In this document: positions 1 through 10,843 of the stretch, in pieces
How the letters are laid out: the number at the start of each line of letters is the position of its first letter
Numbering within the stretch: position 1 is the stretch's first letter
Assembly (NCBI GenBank): GCA_966252135.1
Contig: CBINNU010000014.1
Coordinates: 38,041 to 62,040 of the forward strand
Reading direction: 5' to 3'
Length of the DNA stretch: 24,000 bases
Origin: an uncultured Cellvibrio sp.
GTDB taxonomy: Bacteria > Pseudomonadota > Gammaproteobacteria > Pseudomonadales > Cellvibrionaceae
Notes under the pieces: model-generated
The model's input: the letters and a program-made list of their open reading frames with translations, nothing else
Told to the model about the DNA's origin: nothing
The model's database searches: none
Made by a program: the position numbers and the translations under genes

Positions 1-1125
1 TGTCGCTGATCCCAAAATTAATGGAATATTGAGTTTGTGCGCGCGCACCACTGCCAAATCGCGCGCAGAGTATCGAAAACCTTCTTGTTGTTTAAAAGAT
101 AAATCATGTTCTTCATCGATAATAATCATGCCGGGATTTTTCAGCGGAGTGAAAATCGCCGAGCGGGTGCCGATAATAATTTTTGCGCGACCATTTTTGG
201 CATCCATCCAGGCATCCAGTCGTTCGCGATCATTTAAACCGGAATGTAAGGCGGCAATAGGAACATTAAAGCGTCGCAAAAAACGTGAAAGCGTTTGTGG
301 TGTTAAACCAATTTCCGGAACCAGAACTAACGCTTGTTTGTTATCTGCCAAACAGCGTTCAATCGCTTGTAAATAAATTTCGGTTTTACCGCTGCCGGTG
401 GTGCCATCTAACAAATAGGTTGCAAATGAATCTTGTTGGATTTGGTTAAGTGCAGCGGTTTGTTCTGAATTTAATTCGAGTGGTTTTTCTTTTAAAAAGT
501 TTTTACTCGATGTTGTCATCCCCGAAGGGGATCCAGTGTCTTCCGATTCAATCTGCTCGGGAATATAAGTTTCAATCAAACCTTTTTCGATCAACGCTTT
601 TATTGCGGGTAAACCGATTTCCAATGCATCAATTTCTGCGCGACTCAAATTGTTGTGTTGTTGCAATGCGGACAAAAGAACCGCTTGTTTGCGCGCTCGT
701 TTTAACGCGCCTTCGGGTAAACCTTTGCCTTCGGTTGTCAGTTGGTAACGCGGTTCGATTTGGCTTTTTTGCCATTGGCCTTGCCGCAAGAGTGCGGGCA
801 GGGCGGTGCTGATTGCATCACCAACCGGGCATTGATAATAATCAGCAGCCCAAAGGCAGAGGGAGATTTGTTCATCGTCCAGTGCGATTTCAGGCCCCAG
901 CCATTCGATTGCCGGGCGCCGTTTCTCTGGCGGGACGTCAGACTGGGTTTTTAGTTCGAGCAGCAGCCCGACCATCACCTGATTGCCAAACGGGACGCGA
1001 AACAGTTGGCCGGGTTGCGCATCCTTTACCTGAAAATCTACAGGCGCCAGATAATCAAAGCGACGGCGCAATGGGGTCGGCAGGGCCAGGCTGAGTATGG
1101 GTAATGAGTTTGATGCTGGGATCAT
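1..1125 (-). CDS. priA: Primosomal replication-restart helicase PriA, N-terminal 375 codons (3' end runs off the window)
   Basis: Absent from the ORF track because it has no in-window stop. My reverse-complement translation from the ATG at 1125-1123 reads MIPASNSLPILSLALPTPLRRRFDYLAP... and stays open to base 1 in frame (1125 nt = 375 codons). It contains Walker A LLDGTTGSGKTEIY and the helicase motif II IIIDEEHD, and ends ...ILGSAT. Divergent priA/rpmE adjacency matches E. coli. Confidence 0.9.
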   Translation of the reverse strand, partial: MIPASNSLPILSLALPTPLRRRFDYLAPVDFQVKDAQPGQLFRVPFGNQVMVGLLLELKTQSDVPPEKRRPAIEWLGPEIALDDEQISLCLWAADYYQCPVGDAISTALPALLRQGQWQKSQIEPRYQLTTEGKGLPEGALKRARKQAVLLSALQQHNNLSRAEIDALEIGLPAIKALIEKGLIETYIPEQIESEDTGSPSGMTTSSKNFLKEKPLELNSEQTAALNQIQQDSFATYLLDGTTGSGKTEIYLQAIERCLADNKQALVLVPEIGLTPQTLSRFLRRFNVPIAALHSGLNDRERLDAWMDAKNGRAKIIIGTRSAIFTPLKNPGMIIIDEEHDLSFKQQEGFRYSARDLAVVRAHKLNIPLILGSAT

Positions 1126-1193
1126 GCTGGTCTGGTGAAATCAAAAAGGCGCAGCATAAGCCAAAGTCCAGACTGCTGCAGGCCTTTTTCTGC

Positions 1194-1221
1194 TTGCCAT
1201 ATAAGCGGATTCTGATAATAT
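1194..1221 (+). promoter_or_regulatory. Candidate sigma70 promoter for rpmE
   Basis: TTGCCA (1194-1199), 16-nt spacer, TAATAT (1216-1221), about 75 nt upstream of the rpmE ATG in the priA/rpmE divergent spacer. Motif match only. Confidence 0.35.
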
Positions 1222-1296
1222 CCCGCCTCCCTAAAAACCCGCTGTGCGGTGCCCGGCAAAAGATCGGGTGGCGGCACACCAGAAAAGGCCTTAATC

Positions 1297-1512
1297 ATGA
1301 AAGCTGATATCCATCCAAATTACGTTGAAGTTGCAGTGAACTGCAGCTGCGGCAACAGTTTCAAAACCCGTTCAACCATCGGTAAAGATTTCCATGTTGA
1401 CGTGTGCAGCGTTTGCCACCCTTTCTACACTGGCAAGCAAAAAATCGTAGACACTGGTGGTCGTATTGATCGTTTCACCAAGCGTTTCGGCAGCCGTATC
1501 GCCAAGAAATAA
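1297..1512 (+). CDS. rpmE: 50S ribosomal protein L31 (zinc-ribbon type)
   Basis: The second in-frame ATG (1297) of ORF 1249-1512 gives MKADIHPNY..., the canonical L31 N-terminus. Zinc-ribbon cysteines are present (CSCGN and [13 protein letters not shown]). Length is 71 aa. Confidence 0.95.
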   Translation: MKADIHPNYVEVAVNCSCGNSFKTRSTIGKDFHVDVCSVCHPFYTGKQKIVDTGGRIDRFTKRFGSRIAKK

Positions 1513-1526
1513 GATTTCCGATTTTA

Positions 1527-1566
1527 TAAAAAAGGCCGAAAACCTCGAGGTTTTCGGCCTTTTTTA
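1527..1566. terminator. Bidirectional rho-independent terminator between convergent rpmE and mrcA
   Basis: Perfect 26-nt palindrome GGCCGAAAACCTCGAGGTTTTCGGCC (1534-1559; about 11-bp stem with TCGA loop). An A-run lies upstream and a T-run downstream, so either strand reads as hairpin plus U-tract. Confidence 0.85.
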
Positions 1567-1581
1567 TTACCTGTCGCAAGA

Positions 1582-4005
1582 TTAAAACAATTCGTCTGGC
1601 AGGGTTGTGGTGTCTTCAATAATTTCGTTGCCGCCAGGGGATGTGCGGCCAGTATCTTCACCTAAAAATACTTCAAAAATTGCTTCGGTATCGCCAGGCA
1701 GAGCGGGCTTACCGGTTTCCGGATCGATTCTCAGTGTCACTATGCCGTCGGGTTGACGTGGCAGTTCATCTGGCACACCTTCAAGCGCTACACCCATAAA
1801 ATCTATCCAGATTGGAAGGGCTGCCGAGCTGCCAAATTCGCGACGCCCTAGCAGTGTGTTCTGATCAAAACCAACCCAGACGCTAGTCGCCATTTTCGGA
1901 CTGTATCCAGAGAACCAAGTATCGCGTGGACCGTTGGTGGTCCCGGTTTTTCCGGCAATATCACTGCGTTTTAATTGCAGGGCTAATCGGCCGGTACCAC
2001 GTTTGATTACGTCTTTCAGCATGGAGTCCATCAAATAAACTATGCGTTTATCGATGATACGTTGTGCATCCTGCTGATTTTCGCGAACGGGTAGAGGTGG
2101 CATTTCCACGCCGTTTTCAGTGTAAATCGGCGTGGGCAATGGCTCTTCACAAACACGGCATACGGTGGCTGGTTTTGCTTGATACAGAATGTCGCCCTTG
2201 CTGTTTTCAATTCTGGTGACCAGATAGGGCGTGATTTTATAGCCGCCGTTAGCAAATGCAGAATAAGCGGTCGCCATTTGCAGTGGAGTTGCTTCATGTG
2301 TGCCTAATGCGATAGTTAAATCGCGCGTAAATTCTTTTGAATTAAGTCCAAAACGATCAAAACTATCGAGCGCTGTTTGTATACCTATCATTTGCAGCAA
2401 ACGAATAGAAACCAAATTGCGTGAACGATAGAGCGCTTGCCGCAAACGAATCGGGCCTAAAAATTTTCCATCATCGTTTTCGGGGCGCCAGTCTTTTCCA
2501 GAGCCGGTATTTTCGATCACGATTGGAGCATCGTTGATAATCGACGCAGGTGTAAATCCGTTTTCAAGTGCTGCAGTGTAGATAAGAGGTTTGAAGCTGG
2601 AGCCGGGTTGCCTGAAACCTTGAGTGGCGCGATTGTAATGACTCTGTTTGAAATCAAATCCCCCCACTAAGGATTTAATCGCTCCATCTTCAGGATCAAT
2701 TGCCACCAACGCGGATTGTACCGCTGGCACCTGACTAAAGAGCCAATTGCCGTCTGCATCTTTTTGCATGCGAACGACATCGCCTTTTTTCAAAAATTGT
2801 TCAACGGATTGATAAGCTGCACCGCGCGCATTTTCGTTGATATAGGGGCGGGTATTGGCAAGGCCTTGTTCCCAATTAATCGTGGCCTGTTCGCCGTTGG
2901 CAAACATAGCGGTTAGGCTTTTTTCTTGGGTGGCAAGCACTACAGCAGGCTCTAATCCGCCAAGGTTGGGTATGTCCTGCAACAAGTCTTGCCAGTCGGC
3001 AAAATCAGGCTCAATAGATTCATCAAAATGTTTTTCCGGGCCGCGATAACCGTGGCGTTTATCGTAAGCCAGCAAACCTTTTATCACGGCTTGTTGTGCT
3101 GTCATTTGCAGGCGTGCATCTATGCTGGTGTAAACCTTCAATCCATCGGTGTAAGTTGCGTTGCCGAATTTGTCGAGCACTTCTTGTCGCGCCATTTCAG
3201 CTATGTAGGGTGCATCCACATCAAGAATAGTGCCGTGATATTTTGCGGTGTTGGGCGAATTAACATTGGTGAGATAAGTTTGTTTATCAATATGCCCAAG
3301 TTCCAGCATGCGGCCGAGAATCCAGTTGCGCCTCTCGGTGGATCGTTTGGGGTTGGATAGTGGGTTGTATCTGGAGGGCGCAACCAGGCTGCCGACAATC
3401 GCCGCATATTCTGCAACAGTGAGTTGATTGATATCTCGGCCATAATAAATCATCGCCGCTGATTGGATACCGTAAGCGCCTTTTCCGAAAAACATTTTGT
3501 TATTAAATAATTCAAGAATTTCTTCTTTGGTGTAATGCCTCTCTATTTCAATCGATAATAAAATTTCGTTGATCTTGCGGGTGAATTTTTGATCGCGACT
3601 TAGAAAAAAATCACGCGCTAATTGTTGAGTAATCGTGCTTCCGCCCGATTGAATCTCACCCGATTTCAATATTTGTGAAGCGGCACGCAACATCCCTTTT
3701 AGAGAAACGCCATGATGGTTGAAGAACTCGGCATCTTCAGCCGAGAGTAGTGCTTTGAGGTAGAGAGGTGGTATCTGCTCATAGGTCAAAGGTGTGCGAC
3801 GCTGTTCACCAAATTCACCAATTAGCTTGTTATCGCTTGAATAAACCCGCAACGGGGTCTGTAATTGAACCTGCCGCAGTGTATCAACTGAGGGTAATTT
3901 GGGTCTTAAATAGAGGTAAAGCCCCGAAACTGTCACCAAGGTAACACTGAATCCGGCCAGTAACAGCCACAAAATGATACCCAGAAAGGATTTTTTACTG
4001 AACAT
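1582..4005 (-). CDS. mrcA: Bifunctional class A penicillin-binding protein 1A (glycosyltransferase + transpeptidase)
   Basis: 807 aa with an N-terminal TM anchor. GT51 motifs EDAEFFNHHG and GGSTITQQLAR are present. Transpeptidase motifs are SSFKP (SxxK), YRSRN (SxN) and KTGTT. It is divergent from pilM, as in E. coli and Pseudomonas. Confidence 0.95.
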   Translation of the reverse strand: MFSKKSFLGIILWLLLAGFSVTLVTVSGLYLYLRPKLPSVDTLRQVQLQTPLRVYSSDNKLIGEFGEQRRTPLTYEQIPPLYLKALLSAEDAEFFNHHGVSLKGMLRAASQILKSGEIQSGGSTITQQLARDFFLSRDQKFTRKINEILLSIEIERHYTKEEILELFNNKMFFGKGAYGIQSAAMIYYGRDINQLTVAEYAAIVGSLVAPSRYNPLSNPKRSTERRNWILGRMLELGHIDKQTYLTNVNSPNTAKYHGTILDVDAPYIAEMARQEVLDKFGNATYTDGLKVYTSIDARLQMTAQQAVIKGLLAYDKRHGYRGPEKHFDESIEPDFADWQDLLQDIPNLGGLEPAVVLATQEKSLTAMFANGEQATINWEQGLANTRPYINENARGAAYQSVEQFLKKGDVVRMQKDADGNWLFSQVPAVQSALVAIDPEDGAIKSLVGGFDFKQSHYNRATQGFRQPGSSFKPLIYTAALENGFTPASIINDAPIVIENTGSGKDWRPENDDGKFLGPIRLRQALYRSRNLVSIRLLQMIGIQTALDSFDRFGLNSKEFTRDLTIALGTHEATPLQMATAYSAFANGGYKITPYLVTRIENSKGDILYQAKPATVCRVCEEPLPTPIYTENGVEMPPLPVRENQQDAQRIIDKRIVYLMDSMLKDVIKRGTGRLALQLKRSDIAGKTGTTNGPRDTWFSGYSPKMATSVWVGFDQNTLLGRREFGSSAALPIWIDFMGVALEGVPDELPRQPDGIVTLRIDPETGKPALPGDTEAIFEVFLGEDTGRTSPGGNEIIEDTTTLPDELF

Positions 4006-4139
4006 TTTTTCTATGTGAATTAATGAGTTAGCGAAATTGCGTGAGTAGGGAGCGCATTATACGGGCTTTTGGACTGTTTACATATTGATTAGTTTGTTGC
4101 AGGCTTAAGTTAAAGTGCTATAACATAAACAACGTCTAA

Positions 4140-5227
<1,088 letters not shown>

Positions 5228-5228
<1 letters not shown>

Positions 5229-5809
5229 TGGCAAAGATTAACTTATTGCCCTGGCGCCAGGTCTATCGCGAAGAGAAAAAGAAAGAATTCGTCACGATTC
5301 TATTTGCTGTTTTTTTGTTGGCGGGTCTTTGTGCTTATATCTGGATAGCGAGCGTTGAGTCGGCAATCGAAAATCAAAACTCCCGTAACAAACTTTTGCA
5401 AGATGAAATTACCAAATTGGAAGCTCAGGTAAAAGAAATTGCGGAAATCAAAAAGATTCGGGCAGATTTGCTTGCGCGTATCAAGGTGATTCAAGATTTG
5501 GAAGGAACTCGTCCGGTAATAGTACGTTATTTTGATGACTTTGTTCGTTGTATTCCCGATGGTGTATTCATAACGTCTATGAGCAAAAAGGGTAATACCA
5601 TTACGCTCGAAGGCGTTGCTGAATCCTACAACAGAATATCCGCATTTATGCGAAAACTTGATGAGTCTGATTGGTTTGCGGATGCCAAACTTTTCTCGGT
5701 TGCTGCTGCGCCCTCTGAAGGTGAACAAGCAAATAGCTTCCGTATGTCAGTTACTACTTCTGCTCCTTTGGATGAAAATGCCCAAGCTGTTGATGGAGGT
5801 AAGAAGTAA
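5228..5809 (+). CDS. pilN: Type IV pilus alignment protein PilN
   Basis: 193 aa. It has the INLLPWR motif, then a single TM and a coiled coil. Its start overlaps the pilM stop (TAATG). Confidence 0.9.
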
Positions 5810-6447
5810 TGTCTTTGGAAACAACTCTCGAACAAATCAAAAATTTTGATCTTAATGATATAGATTTTAATCGTGCCGGCGTTTGGCCTCTGCCAGGAAA
5901 AATTTTTGTCTGTGTCCTTTTGGCTGCATTGGTTTTGTTTCTGGGGTATTACCTAAAAGTAAGTGATCTTCAGGATGAGCTTGCTGCAGTGGCTGCTAAA
6001 GAAGCTGGGCTTAAAGAGACTTTCAAAACTAAAAGTTATGAGGCTGCCAACCTCGATGCATACAAGGCCCAAATGGCTGAAATGAATCAAACGTTTGAAA
6101 AACTCTTATCAAGACTACCTCAGAAAACCGAGATAGCGGGTTTGTTGGAAGATATTGGTAGTAAGGGTCGTGAAAGTGGTTTGACCATTAATAGTTTGGG
6201 AATAAGGCCCGAGGTGGTCGCAGAATATTACATTGAAGTTCCGATTGGGATTCAAGTTCGTGGCGGTTACCACGATTTGGGTGGCTTTGTGAGCGGTGTG
6301 GCTGGGTTGCCTAGAATTGTAACGCTACATGATTTTACGATTTCCCGTTCTGGTCAGGGGGGCTTACTTGCGATGGACATACTCGCAAAAACGTACCGCT
6401 ATAAGGCGCCCGACACCAGCCCCAAAGGTAGGGGAGGTCGCAAGTGA
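5809..6447 (+). CDS. pilO: Type IV pilus alignment protein PilO
   Basis: 212 aa with a single TM (IFVCVLLAALVLFLGYY) and a coiled coil. TAATG overlap with pilN. Assignment rests mainly on position in pilMNOPQ. Confidence 0.88.
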   Translation: MSLETTLEQIKNFDLNDIDFNRAGVWPLPGKIFVCVLLAALVLFLGYYLKVSDLQDELAAVAAKEAGLKETFKTKSYEAANLDAYKAQMAEMNQTFEKLLSRLPQKTEIAGLLEDIGSKGRESGLTINSLGIRPEVVAEYYIEVPIGIQVRGGYHDLGGFVSGVAGLPRIVTLHDFTISRSGQGGLLAMDILAKTYRYKAPDTSPKGRGGRK

Positions 6448-6974
6448 TGAAAGTTATTAAAAATACTTCTTTGCTGCTGGTTGTTATGGCACTGGGTGCG
6501 TGCTCGTCAGAACAGGAGCATAAGGATTTACATGAGTTTATGGCGGAAACGCGCAACAGACCCAGCGGTGAGGTTCCAAGCCTTCCTCCGTTCGTTCCCT
6601 ATCAACCCTTTGCGTACTCTGCGTCAACTCTGCGTAGCCCATTTGAACGGCCCATTGTAGTGGATGAAACGGCCATTAAAGGCGGCAGAACGGTAATGCC
6701 TGATTTAACCAGAGCGCCAGAGTTTCTTGAAGGTTTCAACATTACTTCTCTTAAAATGGTGGGATCAGTGACTCGCAAGGGCACCGTCTGGGCATTAATA
6801 GACACATCAGACGGTAACGTGGTGCGTGCAACTGTTGGAAATTACATGGGTAAAAGCTATGGCAAGATTATTTCAGTTACTTCGTCCCAAATCGAAGTAA
6901 TGGAAATAGTATCCAACGGTGCTGGTGGTTGGGTCGAAAGCCCTAGAATTATTAAATTGGACGAGAAGGAATAA
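6444..6974 (+). CDS. pilP: Type IV pilus lipoprotein PilP
   Basis: 176 aa with a lipobox (LLVVMALGAC). It overlaps the pilO stop, starting at GTG 6444 or ATG 6447, and is preceded by AGGGGAGG. Assignment also rests on position. Confidence 0.85.
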   Translation: MMKVIKNTSLLLVVMALGACSSEQEHKDLHEFMAETRNRPSGEVPSLPPFVPYQPFAYSASTLRSPFERPIVVDETAIKGGRTVMPDLTRAPEFLEGFNITSLKMVGSVTRKGTVWALIDTSDGNVVRATVGNYMGKSYGKIISVTSSQIEVMEIVSNGAGGWVESPRIIKLDEKE

Positions 6975-6979
6975 GCAAG

Positions 6980-9133
6980 ATGACTGCTCCATTTTCCTTG
7001 AGGTTGAGTATGCGTAATCTGGCGATAATAACATTGGCGTTTGTGTCCCCTATGGTGTTCGCGAGCACCTTGAAAAAAATAGATGTCTCCCAGCTGCCGG
7101 GGGATAAATTTGAGGTGCGTCTTGCTTTTGATGAGGCACCACCAGAACCCAAGGGTTATACCATCGAAAAGCCAGCACGAATTGTGTTGGATTTTCCGGA
7201 TGTTGACAGCTCACTTAAGGAGCGCCGTATCCCATTGACTGTACCCAATGGCCAAAGCGCTATGGTGCTGACAAGTGAAGGACGGACGAGATTGATTGTG
7301 AATTTGGATCAGTTGGCGTCTTATACATCTCGTCAGGAGGGCAGTGACTACATACTTGAAGTAGGAAGTGTTAGCGCTGCTGAATCTACTCAGTCGGGAT
7401 CCAATGTTAACATTTCAAATCAGACGCCAGTTGCTTCAAGTGGGCAATCACAGGTTAACAGCGTTGACTTCCGCCGTGGCGTCAATGGTGAAGGGCGTAT
7501 TATTTTGGGGTTATCCAACACTAAGGTGTCCGCCAATTTGGTGGGGACTGGCGCTGGCGTACGTCTAACATTTAAAGGCATGTGGTTGCCACCTGAGCTG
7601 CGTCGCCGTTTGGATGTGGTAGATTTCGCTACTCCTGTATCTGTTGTTAATTCAACGCAAGAGGGTGAAAACGTTGTGTTCAACGTTTCTGCTAGTGGTG
7701 AATTTGATTATTTGGCCTATCAAACAGACAAAGAATACGTGGTTAGCATTAAGCCTCTAACTGAGCGTGAAAGGGCTGAGAAGAAACAAGAATTTGCCTA
7801 TGTTGGCGATAAATTATCGCTTGATTTTCAGGATATTGAAGTCAGGGCGGTTCTGCAGATTATTGCTGACTTTACTAACCTGAACTTGGTCGCCAGTGAT
7901 ACCGTTGGTGGTCGTATCACATTACGCTTGCAAAGTGTTCCTTGGGATCAGGCTCTGGATTTGGTATTAAAGACTAAGGGTTTGGATAAGCGCTTGGTTG
8001 GTAACGTAATGATGGTTGCGCCCGCCGCTGAAATTGCTGAGCGCGAGCGTCGTGAAATTGAAACTAAAAAGCAATTGGAAGAATTGGCGCCGTTGCGCAC
8101 TGAATATATTCGTGTTCGCTATGCTAATGCGCGCGAGATGTTTTCTTTATTTTCAAGTAGAGGCGGCAATAGAGGTGCTGGTGCCGGCTCTTCAAATTCC
8201 CGCGATGGTAGTGCAAGCTTGACTACGGATAGTGTTTTATCTGAGAGAGGTTCAGGTACTGTGGATGAAAGGACAAACTCTATAATAATCACAGATACTG
8301 CTGAACGCATTGAAGCCTTTAAACGACTAGTAGAGCAGATTGATATACCTATACGTCAGGTGATGATTGAAGCTCGTATCGTTGTTGCAAATAATAACTT
8401 CCAGCGTGAATTGGGTATTCGTTGGGGTGGGGCTACATCGTCGACTAATAGTAGCGGTGATACTATAGAGGTCATAGGCTCGCAAGCTGGTTTGCAGGGG
8501 CAAGGGCCTACGGGATTTTTCAATGGCACAGGCCCGCTAAACCTCACTCAAGCAAATATGGTTAATCTGGCTACTACAGGAACACCAGCCGGAAGCGCTG
8601 CAATCGGTGTGTTGACTGACAACACCTATCTGGACATGGAGCTAACCGCGCTGGAAAACTCTGGTTATGCTGAAATTGTTTCTCAACCTAAAGTGATCAC
8701 AAGCGACAAGCAAACGGCTTCTATACGTTCAGGTAAGGAGATCCCTTATCAGGAGGCTTCAGCCAGCGGCGCGACCTCAACTTCGTTCAAAGAAGCGGTG
8801 TTGCTGTTGGAGGTGACCCCTCAAATAACTCCTGATAATAGAATTATTATGGATTTATCTGTTTCCAAAGATGCGTTGAGTGGAGTTGTTAATGGTGTTC
8901 CAACGATCGATGTTACTCGTCTGGAAACTAAGGTGTTGGTTAATAATGGTCAGACAGTAGTGCTTGGTGGAGTGTTCAATCTTGATACCGCCAAGAGCGA
9001 ATCTAAAGTTCCGGTCTTGGGCGATATTCCCTACCTCGGTCGCCTGTTCAAGCGCACCTTAACCAGAACTGACAAGTCAGAACTATTGATCTTCATTACT
9101 CCTCGCCTTCTGGCGGAATCGCTCGATAAATAA
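6980..9133 (+). CDS. pilQ: Type IV pilus outer-membrane secretin PilQ
   Basis: 717 aa with a signal peptide. N-terminal AMIN-like repeats are present (IVLDFPDV..., VRLTFKGM...). The secretin C-terminal signature is VPVLGDIPYLGRLFK...ELLIFITPR. ATG 7010 is an alternative start. Confidence 0.93.
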   Translation: MTAPFSLRLSMRNLAIITLAFVSPMVFASTLKKIDVSQLPGDKFEVRLAFDEAPPEPKGYTIEKPARIVLDFPDVDSSLKERRIPLTVPNGQSAMVLTSEGRTRLIVNLDQLASYTSRQEGSDYILEVGSVSAAESTQSGSNVNISNQTPVASSGQSQVNSVDFRRGVNGEGRIILGLSNTKVSANLVGTGAGVRLTFKGMWLPPELRRRLDVVDFATPVSVVNSTQEGENVVFNVSASGEFDYLAYQTDKEYVVSIKPLTERERAEKKQEFAYVGDKLSLDFQDIEVRAVLQIIADFTNLNLVASDTVGGRITLRLQSVPWDQALDLVLKTKGLDKRLVGNVMMVAPAAEIAERERREIETKKQLEELAPLRTEYIRVRYANAREMFSLFSSRGGNRGAGAGSSNSRDGSASLTTDSVLSERGSGTVDERTNSIIITDTAERIEAFKRLVEQIDIPIRQVMIEARIVVANNNFQRELGIRWGGATSSTNSSGDTIEVIGSQAGLQGQGPTGFFNGTGPLNLTQANMVNLATTGTPAGSAAIGVLTDNTYLDMELTALENSGYAEIVSQPKVITSDKQTASIRSGKEIPYQEASASGATSTSFKEAVLLLEVTPQITPDNRIIMDLSVSKDALSGVVNGVPTIDVTRLETKVLVNNGQTVVLGGVFNLDTAKSESKVPVLGDIPYLGRLFKRTLTRTDKSELLIFITPRLLAESLDK

Positions 9134-9135
9134 CA

Positions 9136-9660
9136 ATGTCCAAATCGAACATCTTTCTTGTCGGCCCCATGGGGGCCGGCAAGTCGACTATAGGTCGTGT
9201 TCTCGCTTCAGAATTAAACCGACAATTTCGTGATACTGATCGTGTGATTGAAGAGCGCACCGGGGCCGATATTCCCTGGATTTTTGACATGGAAGGCGAA
9301 GCTGGATTTCGCGATCGTGAGACGGCCGTGTTGCAGGATTTATGTTCGGAATCGGATTTGGTGATTGCGACGGGCGGTGGAATTGTCCTGCGCCCCGAAA
9401 ATCGTCAAATGATGAAAGCCTCTGGATACGTGTGTTATTTAACTGCGCCCATCGAGCAACTGGTCGAGCGCACTGCGCGCGATAAAAAAAGACCTTTGTT
9501 GCAGGTCGATAATCCCCGTCAGAAAATTATTGATTTGCTCACTGCTCGCGATCCCATTTATCGCGAAGCGGCCGATTTTATTATCAGTACAGACAAGCGC
9601 TCTCCCAAGATGGTGGTTCAAGAGATTGCACGTTTGTTGGATATTCCTTCTGTAAACTAA
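9136..9660 (+). CDS. aroK: Shikimate kinase
   Basis: 174 aa with Walker A GPMGAGKSTIGR. It begins 3 nt after the pilQ stop. The pilQ-aroK-aroB order is conserved. Confidence 0.93.
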   Translation: MSKSNIFLVGPMGAGKSTIGRVLASELNRQFRDTDRVIEERTGADIPWIFDMEGEAGFRDRETAVLQDLCSESDLVIATGGGIVLRPENRQMMKASGYVCYLTAPIEQLVERTARDKKRPLLQVDNPRQKIIDLLTARDPIYREAADFIISTDKRSPKMVVQEIARLLDIPSVN

Positions 9661-9732
9661 TACCGAATGACTGTTCGCACTTTATGCAATGAAAGATTGT
9701 GATAAAGTGACGCGAACTCGTTTTCAGGTTTT

Positions 9733-10824
9733 ATGTTTATGCAACAGCTTCAGGTTGATCTCGCTGATAGAAGTTATTCGATTTGCATCGGCGAAAATTT
9801 AATTTCCAACTCGGCACTTATTACTAACTACATCAGTGGTCGTCAGGTGTGCATAGTTACCAATGAAACTGTTGGGCCGCTCTATTCAAACCTTCTCGAA
9901 AAAAGTCTCTCCGCTTATCAGCTTGATCAAGTGATATTGCCGGACGGCGAAGCATTCAAGACGCTCGATGTCTGGGCAACAATTTTCGACAAATTATTAT
10001 CTGCACGCCACAACCGTAGCACCACTATCATCGCGCTGGGCGGTGGAGTTGTGGGCGATATGGCTGGATTTGCTGCTGCCAGTTATCAGCGTGGTGTGGA
10101 TTTTATTCAGATACCAACAACCCTGTTGTCAATGGTGGATTCGTCTGTGGGTGGCAAAACAGGTGTTAATCATCCGCTTGGGAAAAATATGATCGGTGCT
10201 TTCTACCAACCGCGATTGGTGTTGGCTGATATTGGATTATTGAAAACGTTACCGCAGCGTGAGATCTCGGCGGGCATTGCAGAAATTGTCAAATACGGAT
10301 TGATTTCTGATTATGAATTTTTTGTGTGGCTTGAAAATAATATGGATGCCTTGATCCGGTGTGATGTTGATGCCTTGTCTTATGCGGTGAAACGTTCTTG
10401 TGAAAACAAAGCGTTTGTGGTGGGCAAAGATGAGCGCGAAAGTGGATTGCGCGCAATTTTAAATCTTGGGCACACCTTTGGGCATGCAATTGAAACAGCT
10501 CAAGGTTATGGCAACTGGTTGCATGGTGAAGCAGTCGCGGCTGGCATGGTGATGGCTGCAGATTTATCTTGTCGTCGCGGCAAGATTAGCCAGCAAGATT
10601 TACAACGAATTGTCAATTTATTGGAGCGCGCCCGCTTGCCCGTTAAAGCGCCTGCGAATATGGATGCAGAAACATTTTTATCCTTAATGGGCGTAGATAA
10701 AAAAGTATTGGACGGGCGTTTGCGTTTGGTATTGCTTGAAAAAATGGGTCAGGCAGAAATTACCAGCGAGATTGATAGTCAACAATTGCATGAAACTTTC
10801 GCAGCTTGTCGGGCTGCGGCTTAA
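9733..10824 (+). CDS. aroB: 3-dehydroquinate synthase
   Basis: 363 aa. Motifs seen are [19 protein letters not shown], the metal-binding [12 protein letters not shown] and [13 protein letters not shown] 9739 is an alternative start. Confidence 0.93.
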   Translation: MFMQQLQVDLADRSYSICIGENLISNSALITNYISGRQVCIVTNETVGPLYSNLLEKSLSAYQLDQVILPDGEAFKTLDVWATIFDKLLSARHNRSTTIIALGGGVVGDMAGFAAASYQRGVDFIQIPTTLLSMVDSSVGGKTGVNHPLGKNMIGAFYQPRLVLADIGLLKTLPQREISAGIAEIVKYGLISDYEFFVWLENNMDALIRCDVDALSYAVKRSCENKAFVVGKDERESGLRAILNLGHTFGHAIETAQGYGNWLHGEAVAAGMVMAADLSCRRGKISQQDLQRIVNLLERARLPVKAPANMDAETFLSLMGVDKKVLDGRLRLVLLEKMGQAEITSEIDSQQLHETFAACRAAA

Positions 10825-10843
10825 TCAATGTCAGGAAAGGTAT

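Noticed and set aside
29-1094. Three plus-strand ORFs from the track (29-376, 450-812, 813-1094)
   Set aside because: They lie antisense to a continuous, motif-rich priA reading frame (Walker A and DEEH motifs). Their translations are low-complexity or Cys/Arg-rich with no recognisable motifs. I treat them as shadow ORFs.
1249-1296. N-terminal extension of the rpmE ORF ([16 protein letters not shown])
   Set aside because: The canonical L31 N-terminus MKADIHPNY begins at the internal ATG 1297. The extension would also run over the candidate promoter and leader.
8150-8260. Gly/Ser/Arg-rich segment in PilQ (SRGGNRGAGAGSSNSRDGSAS) considered as an insertion
   Set aside because: Flexible low-complexity linkers between the N-terminal domains of T4P secretins are common. 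There is no frame disruption or flanking repeat.
10736-10843. Upstream extension of the AAA-SPOR ORF overlapping the 3' end of aroB
   Set aside because: It would overlap aroB by 89 nt in another frame. ATG 10844 has a good AGGAAAGG ribosome-binding site and lies just after the aroB stop.
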